From an uncultured Gemmatimonadales bacterium (GTDB lineage: Bacteria; Gemmatimonadota; Gemmatimonadetes; Gemmatimonadales; GWC2-71-9): a stretch of 64,000 bases of DNA. Below, piece by piece: positions 23,621 to 33,660 of this stretch (positions within the stretch are counted from its first letter, which is position 1; each line of letters opens with the position of its first letter). The notes beneath the pieces were generated by a model, which worked only from the letters and a program-made list of their open reading frames with translations, was not told the DNA's origin and searched no databases. A program made the position numbers and the translations under genes. Location: contig CAVSLV010000004.1 in NCBI GenBank assembly GCA_963728915.1, positions 534,626 through 598,625 on the forward strand, written 5' to 3'.

Positions 23621-25192
23621 CTAGCCGAGGCTGGCCGGAAGGACGACTACCTCACGCCCGAGCAGCCTGGCCAGCACGTTCCCCTTGCGGGTGGCGCCCC
23701 AGCACTCGAGGGAGAGATCGGCGCCGCGCTGCTTCGGGATGGCCCGGATGGTCAGTTTCTCCGCGGTGAGCCGCGTGGTCACCCGCTCGACCGCCGAGGT
23801 GTGACCGCGATCCAGCCCATCGGCGATCCGGAGCAGGGACGACATGCGTCGCACGATTTCCTGCTCGTCGAACGGCAACCGGGTGAATTCCTCGTGCTTC
23901 TTGCTGGGCCCCTTGCGGCGATGATAGCGGCTGATCAGGGCGACCAGGTACCGGTCCCGGGCGGTGAAGCTGAGCCGGTCGGCGTGGAGAATGAGCTGGA
24001 AACTGTGGCGGTGATGTTTGCGGTAGCTCACCACCTGCCCCACATCGTGGAGGAGACAGGCGGCTTCCAGAAGGGGACGCTCCGACGGGTCGGCCCCGAT
24101 GGCATCGGCCAGCCGGTCGAACAGGATCAATCCGAGGATGCGAACCTGCTCGACGTGGCGACGATCTCCCTGGCAGCGGTCCACGAATTCCCGCATGGCC
24201 CGAAGCGGATCGGCCCGGGGCGCGGCTTCCCCGATCATGTCGAGCAGGAGGCCTTCCCGGAGACCGAACGCGCTGACCGTGAGGCTTCGCGCCTCCACCA
24301 GGTTGAGCAGCTCGGCGGTGACCGCGAGCCCCGCGAGGATGATGTCGGCGCGCTGGGGATTGAGGCCCGCCACGCTGCGGCGCCGTTCCACGCTCAGCGA
24401 GCAGAGCCACTCGAGCAGCTGCTCGACTTCGGCGGTCTTGACCACCTCGCCATGCACCGATTCGGCCGCGTGGCCGCGCCGGGCCAGCACCATCCGCGCG
24501 AGATTGGTGAAGGTGCCGCCGGACCCGATGACCATCGCGTTGCTCCACTCGCGCCATCGTCCGGCCCGCTTGAGCTGTTTGCGGACTTTGCGGCGCAGCA
24601 GGGCGACCTCACGGGTGCGGGATTTTCCTTCGAAGAGGTATTGCTCGGTGAGACGAACCGCCCCCATCGGGAGCGACTCGTTGAGCTCCACCATGCCGTT
24701 GACCGCCCCGATCAGCTCGAGGCTGCCGCCTCCGATGTCGGCCACCAGGGCCCGGCCCGAACCGAGCGGGAAGTGGTGGGCGACGGATCGCCAGGACAGG
24801 GCCGCTTCGGTGTCCGCGCCGATCACCCGGAGGGGAATGCCCACTTCCTTCCGGACCCGATCGACGAACGCCTTGCCGTTGAGGGCTTCGCGCACCGCGG
24901 AGGTGGCGACCGCGGAGAGCCGCCGCACCCCGCGCCGTTCGGCCACCTCCCGCATCCGGGCCAGGGTCCGGATCGCCCGGGCCATGGCGAATTCGTCGAG
25001 CCGCTTGGATTCTGCCAGACCCGCCGCCAGACGCGGCTGATCCTTGACCTCGTCCACCACCGTAATGCCGGTCTGGGGGTCGTATTCGGCGACGAGCAAC
25101 CGGATCGAATTGGAGCCGACGTCGATCGCGGCGAGGCGCTCGCCCGGTTCGGGAGGGCCGGCGGGCAGGGCCGCCATGTAGGTGCGCCGCAT
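23621..25192 (-). CDS. ppx: Exopolyphosphatase / guanosine pentaphosphate phosphohydrolase (Ppx/GppA) with HD domain
   Basis: 523-aa ORF. Blocks: AAIDVGSNSIRLLV, ADIGGGSLEL and a C-terminal HD region ACLLHDVG. The start overlaps the phoU stop by 1 nt. Confidence 0.9.
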   Translation of the reverse strand: MRRTYMAALPAGPPEPGERLAAIDVGSNSIRLLVAEYDPQTGITVVDEVKDQPRLAAGLAESKRLDEFAMARAIRTLARMREVAERRGVRRLSAVATSAVREALNGKAFVDRVRKEVGIPLRVIGADTEAALSWRSVAHHFPLGSGRALVADIGGGSLELIGAVNGMVELNESLPMGAVRLTEQYLFEGKSRTREVALLRRKVRKQLKRAGRWREWSNAMVIGSGGTFTNLARMVLARRGHAAESVHGEVVKTAEVEQLLEWLCSLSVERRRSVAGLNPQRADIILAGLAVTAELLNLVEARSLTVSAFGLREGLLLDMIGEAAPRADPLRAMREFVDRCQGDRRHVEQVRILGLILFDRLADAIGADPSERPLLEAACLLHDVGQVVSYRKHHRHSFQLILHADRLSFTARDRYLVALISRYHRRKGPSKKHEEFTRLPFDEQEIVRRMSSLLRIADGLDRGHTSAVERVTTRLTAEKLTIRAIPKQRGADLSLECWGATRKGNVLARLLGREVVVLPASLG

Positions 25193-25878
25193 CAGGAAGT
25201 GCCGGTGAAGTCCTCGGCGTGATGCTTGATGGACTTGCCTTCGACCAGGAATACGACCTCCTCGGCGATATTCGTGGCGAGATCGGCGACGCGCTCCAGG
25301 TTGCGGCTGACCAGGAAGAGCTCGAGCCCGGTCCCGATGCTGGCCGGCTCCTCCATCATGTGGGTCAGCAGAATCCGGAACACTGAGCGGTTCAAGGCGT
25401 CCACCTTGTCGTCCCGCAGGCAGACTTCCCGGCCGCCCGCCGCGTCGCCTCGCACAAACGCTTCGAGCGCATCGGCCAGCATGTCCCGGGCCAGCCGGGC
25501 CATCTCCACGATCTCGGGCTCCGGCGCGATGGGGCGGGCGTGCGCGAGCCGCTCGGCCGACTGGGCCAGGTTGACTGCGTGATCGCCGACCCGCTCCAGG
25601 TCGGCGGAGATCTTGATCGCCGCCACCAGCATGCGGAGATCCTTCGCCATCGGCTGCTGGAGGGCGAGGAGGTCGATGCAGGAATCCTCGATCTCCACTT
25701 CCATGTCGTTGATGACCTTGTCGCCCTCGATCACCTGGCGGGCCTTGTCGAGGTCGCGCTCGAGCAAGGCCTCGGTGGCGAGCCGCAACGCGGTCTCCGC
25801 CTCGCCGCTCATGGTGAGCAGACGCACCTTGACTTCGTTCAGCTCGTCGTGGAAATGGCGGTGCGCCGGCGCGCTCAT
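25192..25878 (-). CDS. phoU: Phosphate signalling complex protein PhoU
   Basis: 228-aa ORF with two PhoU repeats ([14 protein letters not shown] and [17 protein letters not shown]). It sits immediately downstream of pstB. Confidence 0.93.
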   Translation of the reverse strand: MSAPAHRHFHDELNEVKVRLLTMSGEAETALRLATEALLERDLDKARQVIEGDKVINDMEVEIEDSCIDLLALQQPMAKDLRMLVAAIKISADLERVGDHAVNLAQSAERLAHARPIAPEPEIVEMARLARDMLADALEAFVRGDAAGGREVCLRDDKVDALNRSVFRILLTHMMEEPASIGTGLELFLVSRNLERVADLATNIAEEVVFLVEGKSIKHHAEDFTGTS

Positions 25879-26636
25879 CCGAACCTCCCGGTAATGTAGG
25901 CCTCGGTCCGCTCTTCCTGAGGTGAGGTAAAGATGCGGTCGGTCGGCCCGAATTCCACCAGCTCGCCCAGATGAAAGAACCCGGTCTCGGTCGACACCCG
26001 GGCGGCCTGCTGCATGTTATGCGTGACGATCACGATCGTGTAGGTCTTGCGAAGCTCGAACATGAGCTCCTCGATCTTCTGGGTCGCGATCGGGTCGAGC
26101 GCCGAGCAGGGCTCGTCCATCAGCAGCACTCCCGGGCTGTTGCCCAGCGCCCGGGCGATGCAGAGCCGCTGTTGCTGCCCTCCGGACAAGCCGGTGGCCG
26201 GCCCGTTCAGCCGGTCCTTCACCTCGTCCCAGAGCGCGGCCTGACGCAGGCATCGTTCCACCAGGTCGGGCAGCTCGGATCTTCGGGCCAGGGCATTCAG
26301 CTTTGGGCCGTAGGCCACGTTGTCGAAGATGGATTTGGGAAACGGGTTAGGCCTCTGAAACACCATGCCGATCCGCTGCCGCAGGGCGACCAGGTCGATC
26401 CCGGGGCCGTACACCGGCTGGCCGTGGACCATGATCTCGCCTTCGTGATGGGCCCCCGAAATCAGGTCGTTGAGCCGGTTGATCGATCGCAGAAAGGTGG
26501 ACTTCCCGCAGCCCGAGGGCCCGATGATCGCGGTGACCGCGCGGGGGCGGATCGAAAAGGAGATCCGCTTCAGTACCTGACGGGACCCGTAGGAGAACGA
26601 GAAGTCCCGGACCACGATGCTCGCCTCCATCATCAT
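25875..26636 (-). CDS. pstB: Phosphate ABC transporter ATP-binding protein PstB (copy 1)
   Basis: Walker [10 protein letters not shown], signature LSGGQQQRL, Walker [13 protein letters not shown] and the C-terminal EAYITGRFG typical of PstB. Confidence 0.95.
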   Translation of the reverse strand: MMMEASIVVRDFSFSYGSRQVLKRISFSIRPRAVTAIIGPSGCGKSTFLRSINRLNDLISGAHHEGEIMVHGQPVYGPGIDLVALRQRIGMVFQRPNPFPKSIFDNVAYGPKLNALARRSELPDLVERCLRQAALWDEVKDRLNGPATGLSGGQQQRLCIARALGNSPGVLLMDEPCSALDPIATQKIEELMFELRKTYTIVIVTHNMQQAARVSTETGFFHLGELVEFGPTDRIFTSPQEERTEAYITGRFG

Positions 26637-27403
26637 CCGAACCGCCCCGTGATGTAGGCCTCGGTCTTGTCCCGCTCCGGGGCGGTGAACATGCGGCGGG
26701 TCGGGCCGGTCTCGATCAGCTCACCGAGGTAGAAGAACGAAGTGGTGTCGGAGACCCGGGCGGCCTGCTGCATGTTGTGGGTGACGATGATGATGGTGAA
26801 CCGCTGCTTGAGCTGAAACAGCAGCTCCTCGATGCGCTGGGTGCCCTGGGGGTCGAGCGACGCGGTGGGTTCGTCCAGCAGCACCACCTCCGGTTCGGGC
26901 GCCACGGTCCGGGCGATACACAGTCGTTGTTGCTGGCCGCCGGAGAGCGCGGTGGCACTTCCCCGCAGCCGATCCTTGACCTCGTCCCAGAGCGCCGCGA
27001 CGTGGAGGGCGCGCTCGACCCGGGCGGTCAGGGTCTTCCGGTCCAGGTGCCCGTTGGAGCGAAGGCCTGCGGCGACATTGTCGAAGATCGACATGGTCGG
27101 AAAGACGGTCGGCTTCTGGAACACCATCCCCACCCGACGCCGGAGCCGGCGCAAATCCACCCGGCGGGCATAGATGTTCTCCCCGTCGAGCAGGACCTCT
27201 CCCTCGGCGTGAGCCCCCGGGACTTCCTCGTGCATCCGGTTGATGCAGCGAAGAAAGGTGGTCTTCCCGCACCCCGAGGGCCCGATCAGCGCGTGGACTT
27301 GATTCGGGGCGAAGTCCAGGCTCACCTCGCGAACCGCGGCGGTGGTTCCGTAGAAGGCGGTGACGCTCCGGGTCCTGACCCGGGGCTGCTCAACGGGGGG
27401 CAT
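26633..27403 (-). CDS. pstB: Phosphate ABC transporter ATP-binding protein PstB (copy 2)
   Basis: Motifs [30 protein letters not shown] and [12 protein letters not shown] 26633..27520 overlaps pstA, so ATG 27403 (MPPVEQPRV) is more likely. Confidence 0.9.
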   Translation of the reverse strand: MPPVEQPRVRTRSVTAFYGTTAAVREVSLDFAPNQVHALIGPSGCGKTTFLRCINRMHEEVPGAHAEGEVLLDGENIYARRVDLRRLRRRVGMVFQKPTVFPTMSIFDNVAAGLRSNGHLDRKTLTARVERALHVAALWDEVKDRLRGSATALSGGQQQRLCIARTVAPEPEVVLLDEPTASLDPQGTQRIEELLFQLKQRFTIIIVTHNMQQAARVSDTTSFFYLGELIETGPTRRMFTAPERDKTEAYITGRFG

Positions 27404-28232
27404 CGAAACGGCGGCGAGTGGCGAATCGGGCCGCGAGGCTGAGAACCAGGACGACCAGGATGAGGACGAGCGCGGTCGCCCAGGCAAGACGATGCCAGTC
27501 TTCGTAAGGGCCGGTTGCATAGGTGAAGACCACCAGGGGAAGGGCCGCCATGGGCCGGTTCAGATTGAGGTTGAGATACTGGCTGCCAAGCGCAGTGAAG
27601 AGGAGCGGGGCCGTTTCCCCGGCGATGCGGGCCACCGCGAGCAGGGTCCCGGTCACGATGCCCGGCAATCCGGTGCGGACGACCACGACCAGGGTGGTGC
27701 GCCAGCGCGGGAATCCGAGGGCCAGGGCGGCTTCGCGGAGCGAGTTCGGCACCAGCTTCACCATTTCCTCGGTGGTGCGGAGCACCATCGGAATCATGAG
27801 CACCGCGAGCGCCGCGCTCCCCGCGAATCCGGAGAAATGCTTCTGGGTGGCCACGATCCAGGTCCAGGCGAACACCCCGACCACGATCGATGGCGTACCG
27901 TTGAGCACATCCGCGATGAACCGGGTGGCGGTCGCCAGCCGGCTCCCCTGCCACTCCGCGGCCAGGATCCCGGCGGCGATGCCGATCGGAATCCCGAACA
28001 CCGCCGCCCCACCCACCATGAGAAGGGTCCCCACGATCGCGTGGGCCACCCCGCCCCCGGCTTCACCCGGCGGCTTCGGGAGCTCGGTAAAGAACGCGAA
28101 GTTGATGCTGCTCGCGCCCTTGATGATGAGCGTGGCCAGAATGGCGAGCAGCGGAAGCACCGCCAGGACGACCGAGGCCACGAGGAGCCCGACCATGAGG
28201 CGGCTTCGCCAGCGGCGCAGCTGCTGTCTCAC
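27390..28232 (-). CDS. pstA: Phosphate ABC transporter permease PstA
   Basis: 280-aa six-TM ORF with an EAA-type loop ([13 protein letters not shown]). Its position after pstC fits. Confidence 0.92.
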   Translation of the reverse strand: MRQQLRRWRSRLMVGLLVASVVLAVLPLLAILATLIIKGASSINFAFFTELPKPPGEAGGGVAHAIVGTLLMVGGAAVFGIPIGIAAGILAAEWQGSRLATATRFIADVLNGTPSIVVGVFAWTWIVATQKHFSGFAGSAALAVLMIPMVLRTTEEMVKLVPNSLREAALALGFPRWRTTLVVVVRTGLPGIVTGTLLAVARIAGETAPLLFTALGSQYLNLNLNRPMAALPLVVFTYATGPYEDWHRLAWATALVLILVVLVLSLAARFATRRRFDAPR

Positions 28233-29218
28233 AAGGCGGCCCCGCCGCTTGGACGCCCCCGGGAAACCCGCCAGATCAGGAGCCGCGCCATCGCGTTGAC
28301 GAGAATCGTCACCGCGAACAGAACCAGCGCGACGTAGGTGAGCGACGCGAAATGCAGGTCGGTGGCGGCTTCCGAGAATTCATTGGCGATCGCCGCCGCC
28401 ATGGTATATCCCGGCGCGAAAAGGGAGGCGGCGATGTCATGACTGTTCCCGATCACCATGGTGACCGCCATGGTTTCTCCCAGCGCGCGCCCCAATCCCA
28501 GGATGATCGCCCCCATGATGCCCGACCGGGCATAGGGGACCACCGCGCTGCGAGCCGCCTCCCATCGGGTAGCCCCCAGCGCGAGCGCCGCCTCCCGCTG
28601 ACTGGAGGGAACCGCGAGCAGCACCTCCCGGCTCACCGACATGATGTAGGGCATGATCATGATGGCGAGAATGATCCCGGCGCTGAGCATCGACGGGCCG
28701 TAGATCGGGCCCTTGAAGAGGGGAAGCCAGCCCAGGAGGCTCTGGAGCAGGGGAAACACCGTCGCCCGGAGCACCGGGATCAGGAAGAAAATGCCCCAGA
28801 GCCCGTACACCACGCTGGGCACCGCGGCGAGCAGCTCCACCACATACCCGACCGGTTGACGGATGGCGCGCGGGGCGAACTCGGTCAGGAAGATCGCGAC
28901 TCCGACCGCAAGCGGCACCGCGATCACCAGGGCGACCAGCGAGGAGAGCAGGGTCCCGAACACCAGCGGCAGCGCCCCGAACTGATCGGCGACCGGATCC
29001 CACACCGAGGTGGTGAGGAAGCGGAGCCCGTATCGCTGGATCGCGAGCCGTGAGCCCGAAATCAGCTCCCACGCGAGAAACCCCAGCAGGATCGGGATCG
29101 AGAGGGCCGCCAGGGTGAGGACGGCCCGGAACACCCGGTCCCCCACCGCGACACCGTGCAGGCGACTGGTTGGGACGGGTTCGGAACGGGGATCGGTGGC
29201 GGCGGGAAGGCTGGCCAT
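28229..29218 (-). CDS. pstC: Phosphate ABC transporter permease PstC
   Basis: 329-aa multi-TM ORF with the loop [14 protein letters not shown]. It has a 4-nt overlap with pstA. Confidence 0.92.
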   Translation of the reverse strand: MASLPAATDPRSEPVPTSRLHGVAVGDRVFRAVLTLAALSIPILLGFLAWELISGSRLAIQRYGLRFLTTSVWDPVADQFGALPLVFGTLLSSLVALVIAVPLAVGVAIFLTEFAPRAIRQPVGYVVELLAAVPSVVYGLWGIFFLIPVLRATVFPLLQSLLGWLPLFKGPIYGPSMLSAGIILAIMIMPYIMSVSREVLLAVPSSQREAALALGATRWEAARSAVVPYARSGIMGAIILGLGRALGETMAVTMVIGNSHDIAASLFAPGYTMAAAIANEFSEAATDLHFASLTYVALVLFAVTILVNAMARLLIWRVSRGRPSGGAAL

Positions 29219-29286
29219 CGCGCCGGGAGTTTACCCTCCGTTACCCGCCCGATTGTAACGGGCGGGTAACGGATTCGTAACAGCGT

Positions 29287-30366
29287 TTAGCTGATCGGCG
29301 CTCCACCCGCTTTCAACGTCTTGATGCGCTCCTGCTCCAGGGAAACGACCGATTTTGGAAGCGGGGCGTAGTGGAGCTGCTGAGCCATTGCCTGGGCGCT
29401 GTCGGTCACCATCCACTCGAGGAACGTCTTGATGGCCCGCGCCTTGGTCCCGTCCGCCATATCGGGGTGAATCAGAAGCCAGGTGAACGACGAGATGGGA
29501 TAGGCGTCGGCGCCGCCCGCGTTGGTGATCGAGACCCGGAAATCCGTGTCCGGAGTGAAATCGGCGCTGGCGGCCGCTGCGGAAACCGACTCGAGGGACG
29601 GCTCGATGAAATGGTCCTCCCGATTCTTGACCTGCGCATAGGGAAGGTTGTTGGAGATCGCGTAGATGAGCTCCACGTAACCCAGGGCCCCCTCGGACTG
29701 CTTGATCTGCTGAGTGACTCCCTCGTTGCCTTTGCCGCCCAGTCCCACCGGCCAGTTGACCGCGGTGCTGGCGCCCACTTTCGTCTTCCAGCCCGAATCG
29801 ATCTTGGACAGGTAGTCGGTGAACACGAAGCTGGTGCCCGAGCCGTCCGAACGATGCACCACGATGATGTCGGAGTTGGGGAGCTTGGCGGCCGGGTTCA
29901 TGGTCTTGATCCGCGGGTCGTTCCACTTGGTGATTTTCCCGAGGAAGATGGCCGCGATCGTCGGGCCATCGAACTTGAGGGAGGTGGTTCCCAGCGCGGG
30001 CACATTGTAGGTGATGACCACGGCGCCCAGCACGGTCGGAAAATGGAGGACCTGCCCCTGAACCGCGGCCATCTGGTCGGCGTTCATGGGAGAGTCGCTG
30101 GCGCCGAAGTCCACGGTGCCCTCGGTGAACTGCTTGATGCCGCCCCCGGACCCGATCGACTGGTAGTTGATCTGGACCCCGGTCTTCTGGGCGTACTCCG
30201 CGAACCACCGCTTGTAGATCGGATCCGGGAACGTGGCGCCCGCGCCGGTGAGCCTCATCGTCCCGGCGCTTGTGACCGTGCTGTCGCCGGCCCCTCCACT
30301 CGCTCCCTTGCCGCCACATCCAACGAGAAGAAGTGCCGCTCCGAAACCCACGAGTCTGCGAGTCAT
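29287..30366 (-). CDS. pstS: Phosphate-binding lipoprotein PstS
   Basis: 359-aa ORF. Lipobox LLLVGC. The blocks GAGATFPDPIY and HRSDGSGTSF are typical of PstS. Confidence 0.92.
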   Translation of the reverse strand: MTRRLVGFGAALLLVGCGGKGASGGAGDSTVTSAGTMRLTGAGATFPDPIYKRWFAEYAQKTGVQINYQSIGSGGGIKQFTEGTVDFGASDSPMNADQMAAVQGQVLHFPTVLGAVVITYNVPALGTTSLKFDGPTIAAIFLGKITKWNDPRIKTMNPAAKLPNSDIIVVHRSDGSGTSFVFTDYLSKIDSGWKTKVGASTAVNWPVGLGGKGNEGVTQQIKQSEGALGYVELIYAISNNLPYAQVKNREDHFIEPSLESVSAAAASADFTPDTDFRVSITNAGGADAYPISSFTWLLIHPDMADGTKARAIKTFLEWMVTDSAQAMAQQLHYAPLPKSVVSLEQERIKTLKAGGAPIS

Positions 30367-30374
30367 ACGGCTCC

Positions 30375-31466
30375 TCAGAAAGTGAATTGCACCTGGAACA
30401 GGGCCTGGGACCGCACCGCCTCGAGAGCCGGCGTGGTGGTCCCGCTCTGGTAGACGAGATGATCGACATCGCCCAGCACCCGCAGGTTGGGCGAGAGCTG
30501 GTAGGCTATCCCTCCGATCCAGCGGGTGGTCGCATCGTCGTCGGTTCGGGTGCTCGGGTCCGCCCGATCCATCCGTCCGATGACCTGCACCCTGGAGTTG
30601 GGTATTCGCAGCACCCCGAAGACACTCACCAGCCGGCCCGGCCGCTCCTCCGTCGTCGTGGTGCTGTCCCGGAGCAGCGCCCCCTCCGCGGCCAGGGTCA
30701 GAAGTTGCGATCGATACGACAGGATTCCCACGTACCGTTCGCGACGGCCTCCGCCGTTCGGCGTTCCATACTGCGCGTAGGCGGTCACCCGGAGCCCGCC
30801 GGTGCGGCCCTGGTCGTCGGTGGACTTGAGCCGGAGCGAGATCCTCCCCATCAGGTCCTTCCGTTTGTCGCCCGGGGCATGATTGTAGTTCTCGCCGTTC
30901 ACCACCCCCGCCGAGAGCGAGACCTTCTCGTTGTTCCAGTTTCCGTCGACCAGAAACCCGAAGTCGGAGGAAGAGAGATAGCCGTTCCGGTCGAGCGCGA
31001 CGGTGCCCTGCATCCGGTAGTCCCAGAGGGTCTCTTCCCAGTCGACCAGCGGCGTATGCAGCAGGCCCAGCTTGAAGGTGAGAGCACTCCGCTCCGGGGT
31101 CCAGCTCACGAACGCGTATTTGAGCCGGAAGCTCAGGGAGCCGTCACTGACCCGGTAGATGTCCGGAGTCACCCGGGTATAGACCCCGTGCGGGAAACGC
31201 CCGACCACGTTGAGGTAGGCGCGGGTCACATCGAAGTCGTTGCCGTGACCGGCGCTGTCGCTCAGGAAGTAGGCGAACTGGCCGTAGACGATGCCGCCAA
31301 CCGTAACCTGGGGAGACGGTGGCGCTGCTGCCGCCGCCTGCGCTCGCAGGTCGTGCCCGAGTCCCGTCAGCGCAATGCCGCCGGCCAGGACCAGGACAGG
31401 CCATCGAGAAGCGGCTCTGAAACCATCGCGTGAATCACGTTTCGGGGTGACTCGAAGCTCAGGCAC
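30375..31466 (-). CDS. Outer-membrane beta-barrel porin, probably phosphate-selective (OprO/P-like)
   Basis: ORF 30375..31526. The in-frame GTG 31466 is preceded by AGGAG at -9 and yields the signal peptide RWPVLVLAGGIALTGLGHDLRAQA. The sequence has alternating beta-strand character and a C-terminal FQVQFTF. It lies directly upstream of pstS. Confidence 0.65.
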   Translation of the reverse strand: MPELRVTPKRDSRDGFRAASRWPVLVLAGGIALTGLGHDLRAQAAAAAPPSPQVTVGGIVYGQFAYFLSDSAGHGNDFDVTRAYLNVVGRFPHGVYTRVTPDIYRVSDGSLSFRLKYAFVSWTPERSALTFKLGLLHTPLVDWEETLWDYRMQGTVALDRNGYLSSSDFGFLVDGNWNNEKVSLSAGVVNGENYNHAPGDKRKDLMGRISLRLKSTDDQGRTGGLRVTAYAQYGTPNGGGRRERYVGILSYRSQLLTLAAEGALLRDSTTTTEERPGRLVSVFGVLRIPNSRVQVIGRMDRADPSTRTDDDATTRWIGGIAYQLSPNLRVLGDVDHLVYQSGTTTPALEAVRSQALFQVQFTF

Positions 31467-31521
31467 CGGGCGAGACTCCTGGAAGAAGAACCGGGAACCG
31501 TTCCTGATCCGCAACGGATTC

Positions 31522-31548
31522 GTCACGGATCGGTCACAATACTATCAC
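31522..31548 (+). promoter_or_regulatory. Three GTCAC-type direct repeats with exact 11-bp phasing (Pho-box-like)
   Basis: GTCAC at 31522, GTCAC at 31533 and ATCAC at 31544 (units CGTCACGGATC, GGTCACAATAC, TATCACGATCC). They lie in the 98-nt gap between the phoR stop and the porin start. Their orientation is opposite to the downstream minus-strand genes. Confidence 0.4.
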
Positions 31549-31564
31549 GATCCGGTAATGGGAG

Positions 31565-32962
31565 TCAGCCGCCGGAGAGGTCCTCTCGGGGGAACCAGCA
31601 GGCGATGGTGGCCCCCTGGCCCACGGTGCTCGAGGCCCAGACCCGCCCACCGTGCGCCTCGACCAGGTGCTTGACGATCGAAAGCCCCAGCCCGCTTCCG
31701 CCGCCCGCCCGGGAGCGCGAAGGATCGGCCCGGTAGAACCGCTCGAAGATCCGGGGCAGGTGCTCGCTCCCGATCCCGGGACCGGTATCACTGACGGTCA
31801 GGACGATCCCGTTCCCGTCCCCGGCGAGCCGCGTCGTGATGCGCCCACCCGCGGGGGTGTGCCGGCGGGCGTTGTCGTAGAGATTCGCGAGGATCTGGCG
31901 CAGCGCGGTCGGATCGACCAGGAGCACTTCCGCGCCCGGTTCCACCCGCGCCGCAAACCCGAGCGATCCTCGCGAGGATACCTCGAAGGGCTCCCACGCG
32001 TCCCGCAACAGCGACTCGGCCTGGACCGGCTGGACCGCGGGACGCCAATGCCCCGACTCGATCCGGGCCAGGTCGAGCTGATCGTCCACCAGCTCCTGCA
32101 TCCGGCGGGCGTTCTGGAGGATGGTCTCCAGGAATTGCCGGGTGACCGCCGGCTCCGGGAGATCGCCCAGCAGGGTCTCTGCATAACCCGCGATGGAGGT
32201 CAGCGGGGTTTTCAGCTCGTGGGACACGTTGGTCACCAGATCCCGCCGCATCGTCTCCAGCCGGCGCAGCGCGGTCAGATCATGGAGGACCACCACCGCG
32301 CCTCCGCCGGGAAGCCCTCGCGCGCTCAGGAGGCAGGTGCGGTCGTCGAGCTCCACCTCCCGGTCGGGCAGGGACTCGCCCTTGAGGGCGGCGGCCACCG
32401 CTTCGCGGGCCGGCTTCTGGCGGAACAGGACCGGGAGATCCGGGAGCGCCGCGTCGGCCTCGTAGCCCATCAATCGGCGCGCCGCCGGATTGGCGATGGT
32501 GACGTGGCCCGCCGCATCGCAGGCGATCACGCCCTCCACCATCGCGTTCACCAGGGCCTCCGATTCGGCCTGCCTCCGCTGGAGCGCGCGGAACTGCCCA
32601 TCCACCTGCTCGTGCATCGTACGGAGGGCGCTCACCATGTGGTTCGCTTCGGCCAGCCCCGAATGAGGGAACTTCGGAGCCTTCCCCTCCGTGATGTTCC
32701 GCACCGATTGGGTGACCCGGGTGAGAGGCCGGTCGATCGCCCGGCCCACCAGCCACCCGAGCAAGCCCGCCGGAAGGGCGACCGTGAGGACCGCGAACAG
32801 CGCATCGCGCTGGGTCTCCCGGACCAGGGTCGCCACCTGGTCCGTCGGCAGGCTCCGGGCCAGCTCGGTGCGCAACCCGTACTCCGCGAACAGCACCAGC
32901 ACGATGACCGTGAGCAGCAGGACCGCGAAGATGAGCGCGAGGATGCGCTGGGTGTACCTCAC
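31565..32962 (-). CDS. phoR: Phosphate-regulon sensor histidine kinase (PhoR-like)
   Basis: GTG 32962 overlaps the phoB stop (GTGA). TM segment ILALIFAVLLLTVIVLVLF. HisKA SHELKTPLTSIAGY. HATPase blocks NLYDNARRHTP, DTGPGI and GSGLGLSIVKH. Confidence 0.85.
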   Translation of the reverse strand: MRYTQRILALIFAVLLLTVIVLVLFAEYGLRTELARSLPTDQVATLVRETQRDALFAVLTVALPAGLLGWLVGRAIDRPLTRVTQSVRNITEGKAPKFPHSGLAEANHMVSALRTMHEQVDGQFRALQRRQAESEALVNAMVEGVIACDAAGHVTIANPAARRLMGYEADAALPDLPVLFRQKPAREAVAAALKGESLPDREVELDDRTCLLSARGLPGGGAVVVLHDLTALRRLETMRRDLVTNVSHELKTPLTSIAGYAETLLGDLPEPAVTRQFLETILQNARRMQELVDDQLDLARIESGHWRPAVQPVQAESLLRDAWEPFEVSSRGSLGFAARVEPGAEVLLVDPTALRQILANLYDNARRHTPAGGRITTRLAGDGNGIVLTVSDTGPGIGSEHLPRIFERFYRADPSRSRAGGGSGLGLSIVKHLVEAHGGRVWASSTVGQGATIACWFPREDLSGG

Positions 32963-33660
32963 CTGGCCGAGTCGCCGCCTCCCCGGAAGCGATAGCCGAA
33001 CGCGCGAACCGTTTCGATCAGCTCCGCCGCTGCGCCGAGCTTGCTCCGCAGCCGTTGCACGTGCATGTCCACGGTCCGGGTCTGGATGTCGGGCTGGGCG
33101 GCCCATACCGACTCCAGCAGCTGAGACCGGGTCTGGACCCGGCCGCGCCGCTCCAGCAGGACCTCGAGCAGCTTGTACTCGGTCGCCGTCAGGCTGACCT
33201 CTTTTCCATTCACGGTCACCTGGTGGGCGCTCCGATCGATGGTCAGCGGGCCTTCGACCAGCACCGACCCGCTGCTGACCGGCGGAGAGGCGAGCCGCCG
33301 AAGCACCGCCGCCACTCGCAGTGTCAGCTCCTGGGGGGAGAACGGCTTGGTGAGATAGTCGTCCGCGCCGAGGGAGAGGCCCTTGATCCGATCGACCTCC
33401 TCGCGCCGGGCGGTCAGCAGGATGATGCCGACCTCGCTGGTCTCCTTTCGTTTGCGAAGCTCCTGGAGGACCTCGTACCCGGACACCCCGGGAAGCATGA
33501 GGTCGAGCACCACTACGTCGGGGCGCTCCTCCCGGGCCGCCTTGAGCGCATCCTTTCCATTGCCCGCCGTGGAAACCCGGTAGCCCGCCCGGGCGAGATG
33601 GTAAGCCACCAGGCCGGTGATGTCCGGCTCGTCATCGACCACCAGGATTCGGTGACTCAT
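32959..33660 (-). CDS. phoB: OmpR/PhoB-family response regulator
   Basis: The REC domain has ILVVDDEPDI, VVVLDLMLPGVSG and YLTKPF. The winged-helix output domain has TRTVDMHVQRLRSKL. Confidence 0.9.
   Translation of the reverse strand: MSHRILVVDDEPDITGLVAYHLARAGYRVSTAGNGKDALKAAREERPDVVVLDLMLPGVSGYEVLQELRKRKETSEVGIILLTARREEVDRIKGLSLGADDYLTKPFSPQELTLRVAAVLRRLASPPVSSGSVLVEGPLTIDRSAHQVTVNGKEVSLTATEYKLLEVLLERRGRVQTRSQLLESVWAAQPDIQTRTVDMHVQRLRSKLGAAAELIETVRAFGYRFRGGGDSAR

Noticed and set aside
23594-25222. 542-aa plus-strand ORF antisense to ppx (and 23652..24557, 24099..25040)
   Set aside because: The minus strand encodes a clear Ppx/GppA with ASKHA and HD motifs. This is a shadow ORF.
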